A program made the translations under genes and the position numbers. From Ascidiella aspersa (lineage: Eukaryota), in contig OZ004614.1 in NCBI GenBank assembly GCA_963924565.1, forward strand, positions 24,056,001-24,120,000: a stretch of 64,000 bases of DNA, given 5' to 3'. Below the pieces are notes generated by a model. The model had not been told where the DNA came from and did not search any database. It saw only the letters and a list, made by a program, of their open reading frames with translations. Shown here one piece after another: positions 1 through 12,889 of the stretch (its first letter is position 1; each line of letters starts with the position of its first letter).

Positions 1-2457
1 TGAACCGTTCAAGTTATATTACAGTTAAAGAAGCTTTTGCGTATTTTTGGCTTTTTAGTTGCTAAGATTGATGGTAAACAAATACTAAAGTGTATAGTGG
101 TGATGTATATAAATATTACTTATTTTAGTTTGCTTTTTGATAGATGTGTAGTTATAATGTTTCATTAGCTGTGCAAGACTGACAGGTCTAGGATGTGAAA
201 AGTATGTTAAAAGGAGTTTTCCAGGGGAAAACGAAATGCCTAAAATTGGATTTTTGTTTCAGAGTTTTGGGTATTTCATTCATAAATCCAAAAGCAATGA
301 AAGTTTTAAAAGACTATTTCATAATAGTTTGGTGCTTACACATGTAGACATGAAGAGATTAAATGAAACAGGTTTGTAAGCTATTTCTTGTCCACTCCTA
401 AGTAGCAATTTAATTATTCTGTTAAACAATCAAGTATTATTAAATTAATAATTATTAAAGGTATTTAGATTACACTTCTTTGTTTCAGGGTGCAGATCAT
501 TGACAGCAAACTTTTGCTCTTTCCACTTCAAAAAAACTTGGTTCACAGGAGATTAGGTTAAAAATGTAAGTAAATTTTACTTACATGTTTTACATTAATA
601 TAGTTTATTCGCTTTTGGCTTTTATTTTGGTAGTAGCAGCCAGAAAATTAATTTTTTTTAATCTCTGTAAAATTTCTGAAGTACTTTAATATGTCTTTTA
701 GTTTTAATTTATGATTTCCATTGTTTAAATATTACATTCAAGCTTTAAATGTAAAATTTAATCTGTAGTACTTTTGGTATGCTACTCACCCTTTAATAAA
801 ATGATATAGTTTAAATAATTATAGTTTTTATTTATTTACAGGAATTTAAATCCAGTGTAAGATGGTAAAATAAAAGTCTGTGACAAAGTTCAAGCGGAAA
901 ACAACAAAAGAGTACAGATCTACTGAAATTGATACACAAGGTAAACAAACTGAAATTTTCTTCTTAAGTTCTTTTATCGAACTTTAAAATTTGTGGTAAA
1001 TACATAGTTAAATAGATATTTAATTTATATGTGTTGTGTTACACAACTTTTGTATAATGTTTGGTCTGCATGTCCCAGTAATGGGTGACTTTTTTGTGTC
1101 AGATTGTGTATCACTAGTTTAAGCAACTATTTTAATAGAACATAATGGCCAATACAATATTCTGGCCTACATTTTTACTTTTTATCTGAAATTATTTAAT
1201 GGTTCAATTGGTTTTCAAAGTAGGGTTAAACCTTTTTTTTTTAATTTTAGAGGGTCATGGAAATATCAATACAAATAAAAATGAACTTATTTTGTAATCA
1301 TTGTGCTGTCATTAAGTTACAGTGTAACATAAATATTAATTAATACATTTTATAATGCTATGCTTAAAGAGTACATTGCCACCAAACCTAGAACACATCA
1401 TAATAATATGCTTTTGTAGTGATAGGTGACAAACTAAAACATAGTTTTATGACGTGGCATGTAGTGGTTTTGGTGAATAACAGCAAATGAACAAAAAGTT
1501 GTTCAGTGACAGTGTATAATTTAATTATTGCAGTATATTATATTGATCTAAATTTTATTTTTTAGGCAGCCATGATCAACTCGTCTTAAAGAAGAACTCT
1601 TTAAGGCCTTTAACAGGCAAACCTTTGTACGGCACAGCAGCATTTCTGCATTTGTATATTAGTGGATGGACATTAAATTTGTGGAAGAACAACACTTATT
1701 GAACGAATTGTTAAGTTATATATCATTGATATTCGAGCCTGTTAATATGCACGGGATTTAAGTTATCCACCCTGTTGCTCTGTGTTTATATGTTTTTAAA
1801 CCACCTACTTAAGAGCCCCACCTTGAAAATTTGCCAAGCATAGCAATTATTAATCTTATAATAAAGGTTTTAACTTTGTAATATATCTCCTTTTTCTGTG
1901 CTTTTTTTTACTTTTTCTGTTTTTTTATCACATTTTGTTTGCAAAAACAATTTGAACTATTACTCAATTTGGTTTCAAACAACCTACTAAAGACCCAACC
2001 TTGAAAATTCGCCAAGAATAGAACTTATAAATATTAAAAAAATATATCTTTTGTTGTTTTTATTTACTTTTTCCCTTTTTTATTTTTTGTCGCATACATA
2101 TTTCTGTTTGCATAAACACTTTCATTGTTGTTTTCTGTTTTCCTACCTCTTTTTATTTCTAATATGAGCACTTCAATTTTAATGTATAGTTTTCCTTTCC
2201 AAGTTTAACCCTTTTTTTCAACTTTAACTGTGTTGAGCTTTTTGTGTTGTTTTTCACCTTTTTCGCACAATAAACTGGTTTACCTAATGAAATTTTTGTG
2301 GAATTGATTTGGAAACACTGAATACTAGCCCTAAACACCTGACCGAATAAACGGCAAAACGTCTAAACACCTGAAATTTAAACACGTTTATTTTTAAACA
2401 TGTTACATTTTCGCCCATTTCAGGTGTTTAATTTTGGTGTTTAATCGAATGACAGTG
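1..2457 (+). mobile_element. Second, diverged copy of the same CACTG transposon (left part outside window)
   Basis: Colinear with ~10200-12889; ends ...ttaatcgaatgacagtg followed by TA at 2458-2459. The right flank resembles 36743 onward. Confidence 0.85.
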
Positions 2458-4085
2458 TAATCTGCTCCTACCGTGCGTTTCAACCAGTTAAACTTAAATA
2501 TGCAAAAAATAAAAATAAAATGTTTCACTTCATTACACCAACTACAAGATGTCCGATAATATCGAATCGGAACCGATAGTATCGGCACAAGTCCGATATA
2601 CTCTGGGTGATATCGGTGCCGAATGTATGCATATTAGCATTTTTTGTGATCAAATTACTCTTCTAATTTGGAAAGTAAATTTTGACGCAATGTTAGCTTA
2701 CCAAAAATTAAAAGATAAGTAAGCTTCCCAACGCAGGTATGCGCCATTAAAACAAATTTTACTTCACCACCTGACAAATGTTTTCGACTGGTTATCGGAA
2801 TAAAACGTAAAATATCGAACATCCTACATACCACGGTATCAACGAGTTACTTTATCAATATAATTTAACTAAAACAAAATCAATCAGTTAGCATAAATAT
2901 ATTGTTGGAAATGGAACAGCAGTAAATTGAAACACAACAAAAATAAATAGTTTCGATATAGGAACATTAAAATTTGTAAAAAAGTTGTGTCATCAGTTGG
3001 CATCAAGAATTTGTTAAAACTAGGAACAACAGTAAGTTAAAACCAAAAATAAACAAATAAATTCGATATAGGAACATTAAAATTGGGGAAAAAACGCATA
3101 TAAGTTGTTTCATTGGTATATTACTTCACATAGGTCTGTGACTTACAAAATAGTCATACAGAAAACGGTATCAGGGATACAAATAGACTTTGCAGGCTTC
3201 ATTCTGGCATAACGTTAGACATCCCACATATTGTACAAGACAAACACAATGTTCTATATTGGTATAGAATTCCTATAATTGTAACGGGAGTCTCAGTACG
3301 TCGGCGGATATCAGAAGGAGTGGAGCTAATTTTAAATAGGAGGGCGGAATGAATAACATTTTAAATATTGTTGTTTTGTTCATTTTTGCAACCCGACCGA
3401 ATGTAAACAATAGTTTTATTATAGGCTGGCTATCAATCACAAAACAACTTCATAAAACACGTACAGTACGTGAAAGAAGAAAATAACTAAAACGTCTCAA
3501 AAGCCAAAAATTCCAAATAGTACACACTGAATTAGTTAAGATTGGTCCAAAATCCCCCAAATTTTTCTTGATCCGATAATTACACTTTCATTTACGGTCA
3601 CTGGTTGAGTCGCAGTAAAAAGGCTATAAATGATTTGACCTAATCTACAGTTATTTTAGAAATACCTTAACTGAGGCTTAAGCCATTTCATTCTGCCGTA
3701 TTTACAACACTGTTATTTTATAAAAAATATTTTAACAACAAAGTGTTATACCTTATGTGGCACCGCCATACAGTTTTTTTTTTAAGGTTTGATTTGGGTG
3801 ACCGCCAAGTAGTTTTAAGAGACCGCAAGTGTTTCATTTAAATACCAAAAAGTTGCAAGTACAAAATTTGGGAAACCGCTGGGGAAATTTCCAAAACACA
3901 TTAAAAAAACACTACGCCATACGTCGTAAAGGCAAATATAGTGCTAATATTGTGAGTTCGAAAAGTTGCAAAGGCCTATAGCGAAATAGGGATTAAAACG
4001 ACTATTGGTGGAGGGAGGGTTAACAAATAAAATAATAGAATAAGTGTATCGCATCAATATTTGGCGGACTTGGTGTCTGTTAAAT

Positions 4086-4517
4086 CAGAGTTTTCAAAAT
4101 TTTTTGGACCACGGACCACTACTTGTGAATCTGTTTTTTCCGCAATACAAACAATAAATTATTAAAACCTATTTTATTTATTTACAAAACTGACAACATC
4201 AATGGGACGGATGGCATTGCTTCTTTCTGCATAAATCATCCATTCTCGTCCACGGAAAGTCTGGACTTGGATTTTTTCCAAATGGCGATACTAATATATT
4301 ATTACGTCATAGACGAGGAATACAAGAAGTTTTCGTAAACAACTTTTTGACTATATACTGGATAGCAAAAGCTTTCGAAGTCAGTAAGTTGTGAATAACT
4401 GCGGAAATTATTGAAAGGGTACATACTGTACAACGTATATGTGTGACTTTTAATTTATTGTCATATCGCCACAGACCACTTGTGCAGTCGTCGCGGAGCA
4501 CAGTTTGGGAAACCCTG
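4086..4517. mobile_element. hAT-type MITE
   Basis: CAGAGTTTTCAAA / TTTGGGAAACCCTG ends, perfect TSD TGTTAAAT; single TGTTAAAT at the corresponding unit-2 site ~38439. Related copy starts ~32643. Confidence 0.8.
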
Positions 4518-7461
4518 TGTTAAATAACTTCACCATACAAGTCATTTGTTAAGGCAGTTAAACTAATGTTGTTGAACTCTTACCACGAGGGAACGTAAAC
4601 ACAAAATCAAAACAAACCCTACGCAAATATAACGGTTAAATCAGCTAATCTGCGAAACAGGCGTAATAAGGAAGTATTGTAGATAAGAAAAAAAACAACA
4701 CTGAGTGCAATCAGTTCTACATCAATGATTATTATAAGTCATACTATTTATCCAATGGGGTCGCCGGCTTAACAGTAAAGTTTTAAACATGTTTTAAATG
4801 TAACATTAATTTTGTTTAATATAATATATATATTTTTTTGTCAAGTATTTACGAATAATTATTATTTTTGTTATGTATCATTTTTCACCTTTGTTTTTTG
4901 CAAAAATTCTTAACTCGAATTGAATCACGGCCAGAGGGGGCAGCTGACCAGATGAGTTAACAGTCTTTCGCCGCCCCCTGAGAACTACGAACTCTTCGTT
5001 TTTTTATTTAATTTTTTGCATGTACTTACCGGTGTTCCAAAATAAAGTGGAATCTATCTATCTATCTATCTTCCTTTTGCTAAATTTGCTTCGATTTGCT
5101 TCACTTCTTGTCCTATTTCGTTTCTTGCCGTTACACCTTTACGTTTTCACTTGTATTCACTCATTGTTTTCCACTTTTGTTTCAGCCCTGAAGGAACATT
5201 TCTTCGTTTGCAATGCAAAGCGTTTTATAGCACGAGGGCAGTCTTGTGTTAGTTGTGGTGTGGGATGGACACTAAAAACGTAGCCTGGTTAACTGTTTGG
5301 TTAAAGTTGTGGCTAAAAGATCGTTTTATGTCGCTTTCAAATTAATGTGATTTGGTTCAAAAATCGAGATGAAAAAATGTTGCCTTGAACTTCGCATTAT
5401 TGCAGTAACCATAATTCAGGTTATTAATTTACTTATTAGACTTTTAGCGAAAGTATGAAGTATGAACTGATTTCTTTTGAAGGTAAAATGTATTTAAAAG
5501 CCAGAGTTTAAAGCTGTCACTATCGGATGATTTCAGTATTGTGGTATTAGCAAAACTAGCTTTTAGTTCTACTTTTATGGATTGTTTTACGTACGAGGCG
5601 CGAACATTTATGTGTAACACGGAAAAAATTGTGGCATGTAATAACTTTGTCGCCCCTTTGAAATGTTTGTGGAACTAGCGTCAGCATGTCTCAACGTTTA
5701 TGTTATTTTTTGAAGAAAAAAAAAAGAAAGAAATAGCCCAGCGTTGGCGCGGCCTTTGTCCAATAATAAAGTTTTCTAATTTAGTTTTATGCGTACACGG
5801 GGTCAGCGAAAGGCAGTTAAGATAATATGGCATAAAATTCAGACATGAAGTGATAAATTGAAGAAATGGCATATGCTGCAATATGATTACTTCCGCCATA
5901 CCAAGAGTTGTAAATTAAGGCGCAATTGACTCTGACATTTTCAAACTGTGGTTTAAGATTGAATCTTAAGTAATAAAGCGATAATAAACAGTCGGTTTGG
6001 AAACCCTGTAATACTTTTATCTTCGGAGCATATTGATTGGAGGTTGTAGTAATCTTTGGGAACAAATTAAGGCGTTTTTAACCCACTTGATGCCCATAGC
6101 AGTTGCAAAGGTCTTGGGTCTGATGCACAAGATTAAAACAGGGCGAAAAAAACTGTGCTAATCGCATTGAATTACTTAGGCTGCTTATATTAAAAACACC
6201 TTGTTTAATAAAGTTTCATTTTGACGACTTACATTGCAACAAAGCCCGAATATTTAGGAAAAAGTTTGTTTTTCAGGTTTTCTGCTAAAATCCTAATTTC
6301 CATTCGAAATCACAGCGCTTAATTCCTTAATTGTTACTATTTACATCAGGTTAAAGTACAAGGTTGTGTATTTTAATCTGATTTGCATTCATCGTTTAGT
6401 ATTTATTTGAATCATGAGTATTATGAAGTAAACAACTTAAGCACCAAGATTAAATATTGGAATTAATTCGTAATAAATTGCAAATATCCAGATTTTAGGA
6501 AGTGCAGTCTAATACGAAATTTTTTTTTAACATTTTGCCTGTTTCCAGATTTTAGTACAAATTACTGAGGCTTAGTAAAAGATTCAGTTATTCGATAATA
6601 ATTGTTATAAATAAACATTTCTCTAAAATCATCACTAATAGCAGTAACGTATCAAGCAGATAAATATTTATATTTTGTCAAAAACATCCTTAATATCTGC
6701 AACATAAAACTGAAATAGGAAAATACGTAGAATTATAGCTACAGTGTTTACAAATTTTGATTTACACGCTTACATTAAAATTGCGTTTAGCAAAATGTCT
6801 ATAAATGGAAAAAAAAAATTTACTGCTGGAAATTTTATATGTTAATCCCCCTAAGATGCCAGAATATTTTATTTATTTGTTGTTGTTTTTAACGCAGTGT
6901 ACTTTATTAATAGGTTAATGTTCCGCATGTTTTTTTAATTGACGTTCTTGCTAACGAAGTTGTTCCTATACAACCATAAAGAAACAGACACAAATTCTTT
7001 CCAAGTATGATCTTTTATTTACTTTCCATCCCGGCGAAAGACAAGCCTGAAAATCAAGGTTTGTAACCAAATGTCTTCAATTTTATAGTTATACAACTCT
7101 ACATAATAGCCGATCTAGGATTTTTTAATGGGAATAGGAATTTTAGTTAAAAACAAAGTCCAAAATAAATTACGTTTAATGTCGGTGGAGCATTTTTTTG
7201 GCTAAATCGAGTTTAAAAAAATTAAGACATTTTTTTAAATGTCATTGAAGCACTCGCCCCAAATGCATAAGGTAACGTTTAAAAAATGTCTGATCCTGGT
7301 TTTACTTGCATTTCAAACTTTGAGTTCCATTGCTGAACTTGGTTGTGCAAGTTGTGAAAAAAATTGTTTACCTATATCTTTAGTTACAGGTGGAAAAAAG
7401 TTCAAATTTATGTTTCATCACAGTCCCCATGATAAATATTTTAATATTGTTGTTACCGTTT

Positions 7462-8067
7462 TCAAGCCTCTCTATTCAACACATGTTCATAAGGATCGAC
7501 GTCTTCCAAATCTAAAAAAGTTAATATAGCACTGTGTGGTTAAGTTGACTAGAATTTATAACGAAAAGGTGCGCGATATTAGCATTTAAACATTAAATTA
7601 AAAATGTTGCCAATCCAATATACTTTACTAAACTTATATAAACAATTATTATAGACAACCTATTTCAGAATAGAAAGTTTCATGCGATACCTTCGACATT
7701 GTGGCTTTCATCCCTGCAAAAAAAACTTTATTAGAATATAAAAGTAAGAAATTAAGTGAAAACGATTGCGTACTTGATTGTTACTATTACAAATGTCCGA
7801 TAATTGACTTTTTTGCGATACCGATTCCCGATATTTTGCAAAACAGATCGCGATCTAATACCAAAAATGACGTTATTGCTATAATAAGCAAATTGTTTTC
7901 AAAAAGGAATAAAAGTTGCTGATGTAAGTTGGTTATTTAACTTACCAGCAATAGCCACCAATGCATCCCCTCCTTCTTCGATTACGCCGTCTTCTTTTAA
8001 CCGCGTCTATTCCCGACAGCAGCAGACAAGTCATCAAAAGCACGACCAAAAGCAGTCTAGAGTTCAT
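7462..8067 (-). CDS. Secreted Arg-rich peptide precursor 'a' (candidate antimicrobial peptide), 64 aa
   Basis: Exons 8067-7946, 7713-7691 (23-nt microexon), 7511-7462(TGA); 3'UTR exon from 7046 with AATAAA at 6908-6903. Translation MNSRLLLVVLLMTCLLLSGIDA-VKRRRRNRRRRGCIGGYCW-DESHNVEDLEDVDPYEHVLNREA*. Splice sites and frame are conserved in the diverged paralog c. Confidence 0.85.
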
Positions 8068-8254
8068 TGTGAGTTGCAGTGAATTAACACAAACTGAAAA
8101 GCAAGGACTTAAGTGTGAGAAATCAACGATACAGTCGTTACGGATAAGTCGATAGCGACGAAATCCTCTGCACGAATTAAGTCAACATTTTCTGGATGCG
8201 TACCACTCAGTGCATTTCTTCCGTCGCTGTTACCACAAAACAACATTTTAACAA

Positions 8255-8485
8255 CGAATTCACTAATGTACTGTCTGGGTTTAAGCATTAGCTCGATAAC
8301 ACACACTTAAGAAGTTGCTTAGCATGCCGTGTGGCAAGAATGTGCCTCATACACGCAAGTCACAATCTTTATTAGTGATTTATTTTTCTTCTAGGCCTAA
8401 CCAAACGTGTTATGACGCATAATAATCACCAGAATCACATCCGTATTTCCTTCCCTTTCTACACTTTATCCAGCACATAAGCTTG
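8255..8485 (-). promoter_or_regulatory. ~200-230 bp conserved module upstream of peptide genes (other copies ~13196-13405, 14770-15005, 16660-16842, 42290-42518, 43537-43745, 46795-47032, 47958-48162, 50205-50380)
   Basis: Recurrent block ...aagaagttgcttagc..ggcaag..gcaagtcacaatctttattag..ccaaacgtgttatgacgcataataatcaccagaat.acatccg.atttccttcc..., lying 5' of every peptide ATG. A regulatory role is inferred from position only. Confidence 0.5.
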
Positions 8486-8499
8486 GTTATTGCACTTAC

Positions 8500-8627
8500 T
8501 CGCACCACGTTCCAATGCACAATCTCCTTCTACCTCCGAAAAACCTCCGTCGTCTTTTACCCGCTTCTGTCGCCGACAGCAGAAGACAAGTCATCAAAAG
8601 CACGACCAAAAGCAGCCTAGTGTTCAT
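8500..8627 (-). CDS. Peptide precursor 'b' first coding exon (no own downstream exons)
   Basis: MNTRLLLVVLLMTCLLLSATEA-GKRRRRFFGGRRRLCIGTWC-GA|GTAAGT. Upstream TTTTCAG acceptor and phase-2 donor are intact; it is followed directly by the upstream module of gene a. Confidence 0.7.
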
Positions 8628-9228
8628 TGTGAGTTGCACTGAATTAACACAAACTGAAAAGCAAGGACTTAAGTGTGAGAAATCAACGATACAGTCGTTA
8701 CGGATGAGTCGACTGCGATGAAATCCTTTGCACGAATTAAGTTTCTTGCCTGCTACACACGAAGCAAAAAAAACATATTAGGGACCGCGGTAAAATAGTT
8801 TAAGAACTCCTGACAAAATCAGATATCAACGATACCATCGTTACGGAATGAATCTATTGTGGCGAAACCTATTCACGAACTTTACATTTAAAACAAACCT
8901 AGGAATTCAAAGTTTACTCAGGTTTTACTACAAAAATGAATAAACAGTAGCAATATTGAAACTTGTGTTAATTATTTTCCTAAACGACGCATATAACCTT
9001 AAAGCTGCTCGTGTGCCATAAATATAACGTAAATAACGGTTTGAAAACCAATTCACTAATGTACTGTCTATAGATCTAAGCCAGGGGTGCCCAACCTGTA
9101 ATACGCGTACCACTAGTGGTGTGTGAGTAGCTTACGTCTTTTCACAAAAACTTGGATTTACAATTCATATTTTGTATATGGTTTTGTTTACAAAAAAAAT
9201 CTAAAGCCAATTCATTGTTACGTAACTA

Positions 9229-12200
9229 CACTGTCAGAACGGTGTTTAAATTTAAACACCAAAACGGTCTAAGCGCGTTTAAATTCTAAACACTTAAACA
9301 CCTAATTTAAACACCTTTGTGTTTAATTTGAATTTTGATGTTTAAATTCTAAACACCAGAACGATTTTATGCTAAACACCTGATATTTTGACGTGTTTAA
9401 CAACGAATATTGGGAGATTTTAAGCACAATTAACGATTTTAAACATGTTGACGATTAAACACTTGATATTTTAACACGTTGATTGTTAGACGTGTTTAAT
9501 TCGATGCATTGTTGCAAAGTTATAGCTTAAGCCATTTATGTTGATGTGATGAGATGTTGTTGAGAGAGGTATTGTTATTTTAAAGCACTGAACGGTTGTT
9601 TTATGTACGATTGCGTCTATCAATTTCGTCAAATATTTAACAAGTTAGCATATATGGCCGTGACAGATCACAATAAACAAACGGACTTAAGTCATGGTTT
9701 CCTAACTTAACATCTGTTCGGCCTATTTGGCATTATTTTATTTTTGTAAATGTGGAAATAATAAATATACGGGTTAGTGTGCTCAACGTGTCATTTAATC
9801 CAATATTTGATTTTATTAATGCTTGCCTATAGCTTTGTACCAAAGTACAAAGCGAGGCTGTGCGGTCTTGTGCCGCCATGACCTACTTAAATTGCGCCAG
9901 CAACAAAAAAACGCGCGATGAAAACAATCTACGGCACGGATTTATTCTAGGGAAAGCTGTATCGCAATGAAGCTTATATATTTTTCAAGATCTGGTTTGA
10001 CATATGACGAACAGTAAGTATTCTTTATTAAGTGTTTGATTTACGATATATTTTAACTAACTATAGTAATTTTACATATAAATTTCATTCAATAAATAAA
10101 GTCATAGTTAATTTGAAATTGATTCGGTCCGCTGAACAACGCACTGGCCTGTGACGAACGCGGGATATTGAAACCTCAAACAGATAAAATGCTTAGAACT
10201 TTTACAAGTTATACATTACTGTTAAAGCCGGTTTTGCGTATATTTGGCTTTCGAGTTACTAACATTTATGTTAAACAAATACTAATGTGTATACTGGTGA
10301 CATATATACTTTAATATACTTTTGATAAATGTGTAGTAATAATGTTTTATTAGCTGTGTAAGACTGTCAGGTTTAGAATCTGAAATGTATGTAACAAAAG
10401 CCTTGTCTTGGAAAATGAAGTGACTGAATTGGGGATTTTGTTTCAGAATTATAGGTATTTCATTCATATATCCAAAAGCAATGAAAGTTGTAAAATACTA
10501 TTTCATGATGATTCGTGGCTTTACACTTTGTACACATTAAAGGATTAACTTAGATGAAACATTTAAGGTTTGTATGCTTTTAAATAGAAATTTAATTTTT
10601 CTGTTAAACAATCAAGTATGCTTTTAACAATTTATTATTATTAAAGATACTTAATTACACTGCTTTGTTTCAGGGAAATCAATGACAGCAAACAAATTGC
10701 TCTTTTCGACTTCAAAAACAACTTCACGGACGATCACTAAGGTTAAAATGTAATTACATTTTACTTACAAGTTTTACATGAAAATAATTTATTCGCATTT
10801 GGCTTTTATTTCATATGTAGCGGCCAGCGAGGAAAACTATTGCCTTTCGCAATTGGCTAATATATAAGTTTTTGCTTAGAACCTTTCATCATAGAATATG
10901 TAAAAAAATATGTTACATATTGTTCCAGCAGTAAAATTTAATCTGTAGTCTTTTGGAATGCTACTGGCCCTTTAATAAATTATATATTTTACATAATTTT
11001 ATTTATTTCCAGCAATTTTAACTGCAAAGTGCAAGATGGGAAAATAAAAGTCTGTGACAAAGTGCAAGTGGAAATCAACAAAAGAATATGGATCACAAGG
11101 TAAACAAACTCAATTTTTTTTTAATTTGTGGAAAATACATTTAATTTATACGTGTTGTGTATCTGGTCTGAATGTCCCAGTAATGGGCAACTTTTGGGGG
11201 TTAGATTGTGTATCACTAGTTTAAGCACAAATTTTAATAGCACATAATGGCCAATACAATAATCTGGCACACATATTAACTTTTTGTATGAAATAATGAT
11301 TTAATTTGTTTTCAAAGTAGGGTGAACCTTTTTTTAAATTTTAGTCGGTTATGAAGATATCAATTACAATAAAAATGAACTTGTTTCGCAATCATTGCAC
11401 GGTCATTCAGTTACAGCAGGGGCGGGCAACATACAGGATTTTAAGCGGCCCGTAGACAGTTTCCGGCCTTAAATGATCCACATTTCGCAACTAAAATCAT
11501 TAAACTTATGATGATTTTAGTAGCGAAATATTGTTATCTTATAACTTCAAAATCCAAACAAACTGATATTCGGTTTACTAACTTCTGCACTTAGTTTATT
11601 TTTCTTCAAGTCGGGAAGTAATCAGTATGTTAAAGTGTGCAATGAAAGTGTGGCCGTGTTTAAAGAGTACAACATTATGCGACAAAACATGCAAGATTTG
11701 GCAGTACTTAATCCGGCCCGCCAAGTACTTCATTTTTCCATATCTGGCCCGCAAACCAGAGAAGTTGCCCGCCCTTGAGTTACAGTGTAACATGTTTTTT
11801 ATGACATTACATGTAGTGGTTCTGGATGGTAACTTAAAAATTTTACTATGTTACGCAAATAAAAAAAAAGTTGTTCAGTGACAGTGTATAATTTAATTAT
11901 TGCAGTGTATATTATATTGATCTAAATTTTATTTTCTAGGCAGCCATGCTCAACTCGTCAAGAAAAGCTCTTCAAGGCCTTTATTGGGCAAACCTTTGTA
12001 CATCACAGCAGCATTTCTGCATTTGTATATTAGTGGATGGAATGGCTGTTAAATTAGACTTAGCGGAAGAACAACACTTTTGAACAAATTGATAAGTTAT
12101 ATTTCATTGATATTCAAGCTCGTTAATATGCACAGGATTTAAGTTATCAATTAACTTTAAGTTGCTCTGTGTTTATATGTTTTTAAACCACCTACTTAAG

Positions 12201-12889
12201 GCCCCACCTTGAAAATTTGCCAAGCATAGCAATTATAAATTCTATAAAAAAAGGGTTCAACTTTGGAAAATATATTCTTTATCTGTTTTTTACTTTTATC
12301 ACATACGCAATTTTGTTTGCATAAACACCTTCATTGTATTTAACAAGCGATATTTATACTATAACTCAATATGATTTTAAACAACCCACTAAAGACCCCA
12401 CCGTGAAAATTTGCCAAGTATAGAAATTATAAATATTAAAAAATATATATCGTTTTTGTTGTTTTTATTTACTTTTTTATTTTTTGTTGCATATATATTT
12501 TTGTTTGCATTAACACTTTCATTGTATCCATTTCCAACATGTTATTTTGTGTATTATGTAAGTTTTCCGTTATCCAACTTCTTTTCCTTTTTAATATAAG
12601 CACTTCAATTTTTAATGTATAGTTTTCTTTTCCAAGTTTGACATTTTTTGAAACTTTCACTGTGTTGAGCTTTTTGTGTTGTTTTTCACCTTTTTCGCAC
12701 AATAAAATGGTTTACCCAATGAAATTTTTGTGGAATTGATTTGGAAACACTGAATACTAGCCCTAAACACCTGACCGAATAAACGGCAAAACATCCAAAC
12801 ACCTGAAATTTAAACATGTTTAATTTTAAACGTGCTGACATTTCGCCCCTTTCAGGTGTTTAATTTTGGTGTTTAATCGAATGACAGTG
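9229..12889 (+). mobile_element. Non-autonomous DNA transposon, CACTGTCA...TGACAGTG termini, TA duplication (CMC/EnSpm-like by termini and subterminal repeats)
   Basis: Filled site gtaacTA-cactgtca...tgacagtg-TAtccctaatg versus empty site gtaacTAtccctaatg at 43257-43272. Subterminal (T)AAACAC arrays at both ends. No transposase ORF. Confidence 0.85.
11417..11777. mobile_element. hAT-type MITE nested in the CACTG element
   Basis: TIR CAGGGGCGGGCAAC / GTTGCCCGCCCTTG, perfect 8-bp TSD AGTTACAG (11409-11416, 11778-11785). Absent from the other copy (~1315 aagttacagtgtaac). Confidence 0.9.

Noticed and set aside
7487-7511. Direct splice of peptide exon 2 to exon 4 giving an amidation-like FGRR
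   Set aside because: It creates an immediate TGA in gene a; the conserved 23-nt microexon restores the acidic frame in all three complete genes.
7961-8721. Plus-strand ORFs MHPLLLRLRR... and MHNLLLPPKN... (also 41995, 42446, 46222)
   Set aside because: Antisense shadows of the minus-strand peptide exons; splice sites, signal peptide and polyA signal are all on the minus strand.
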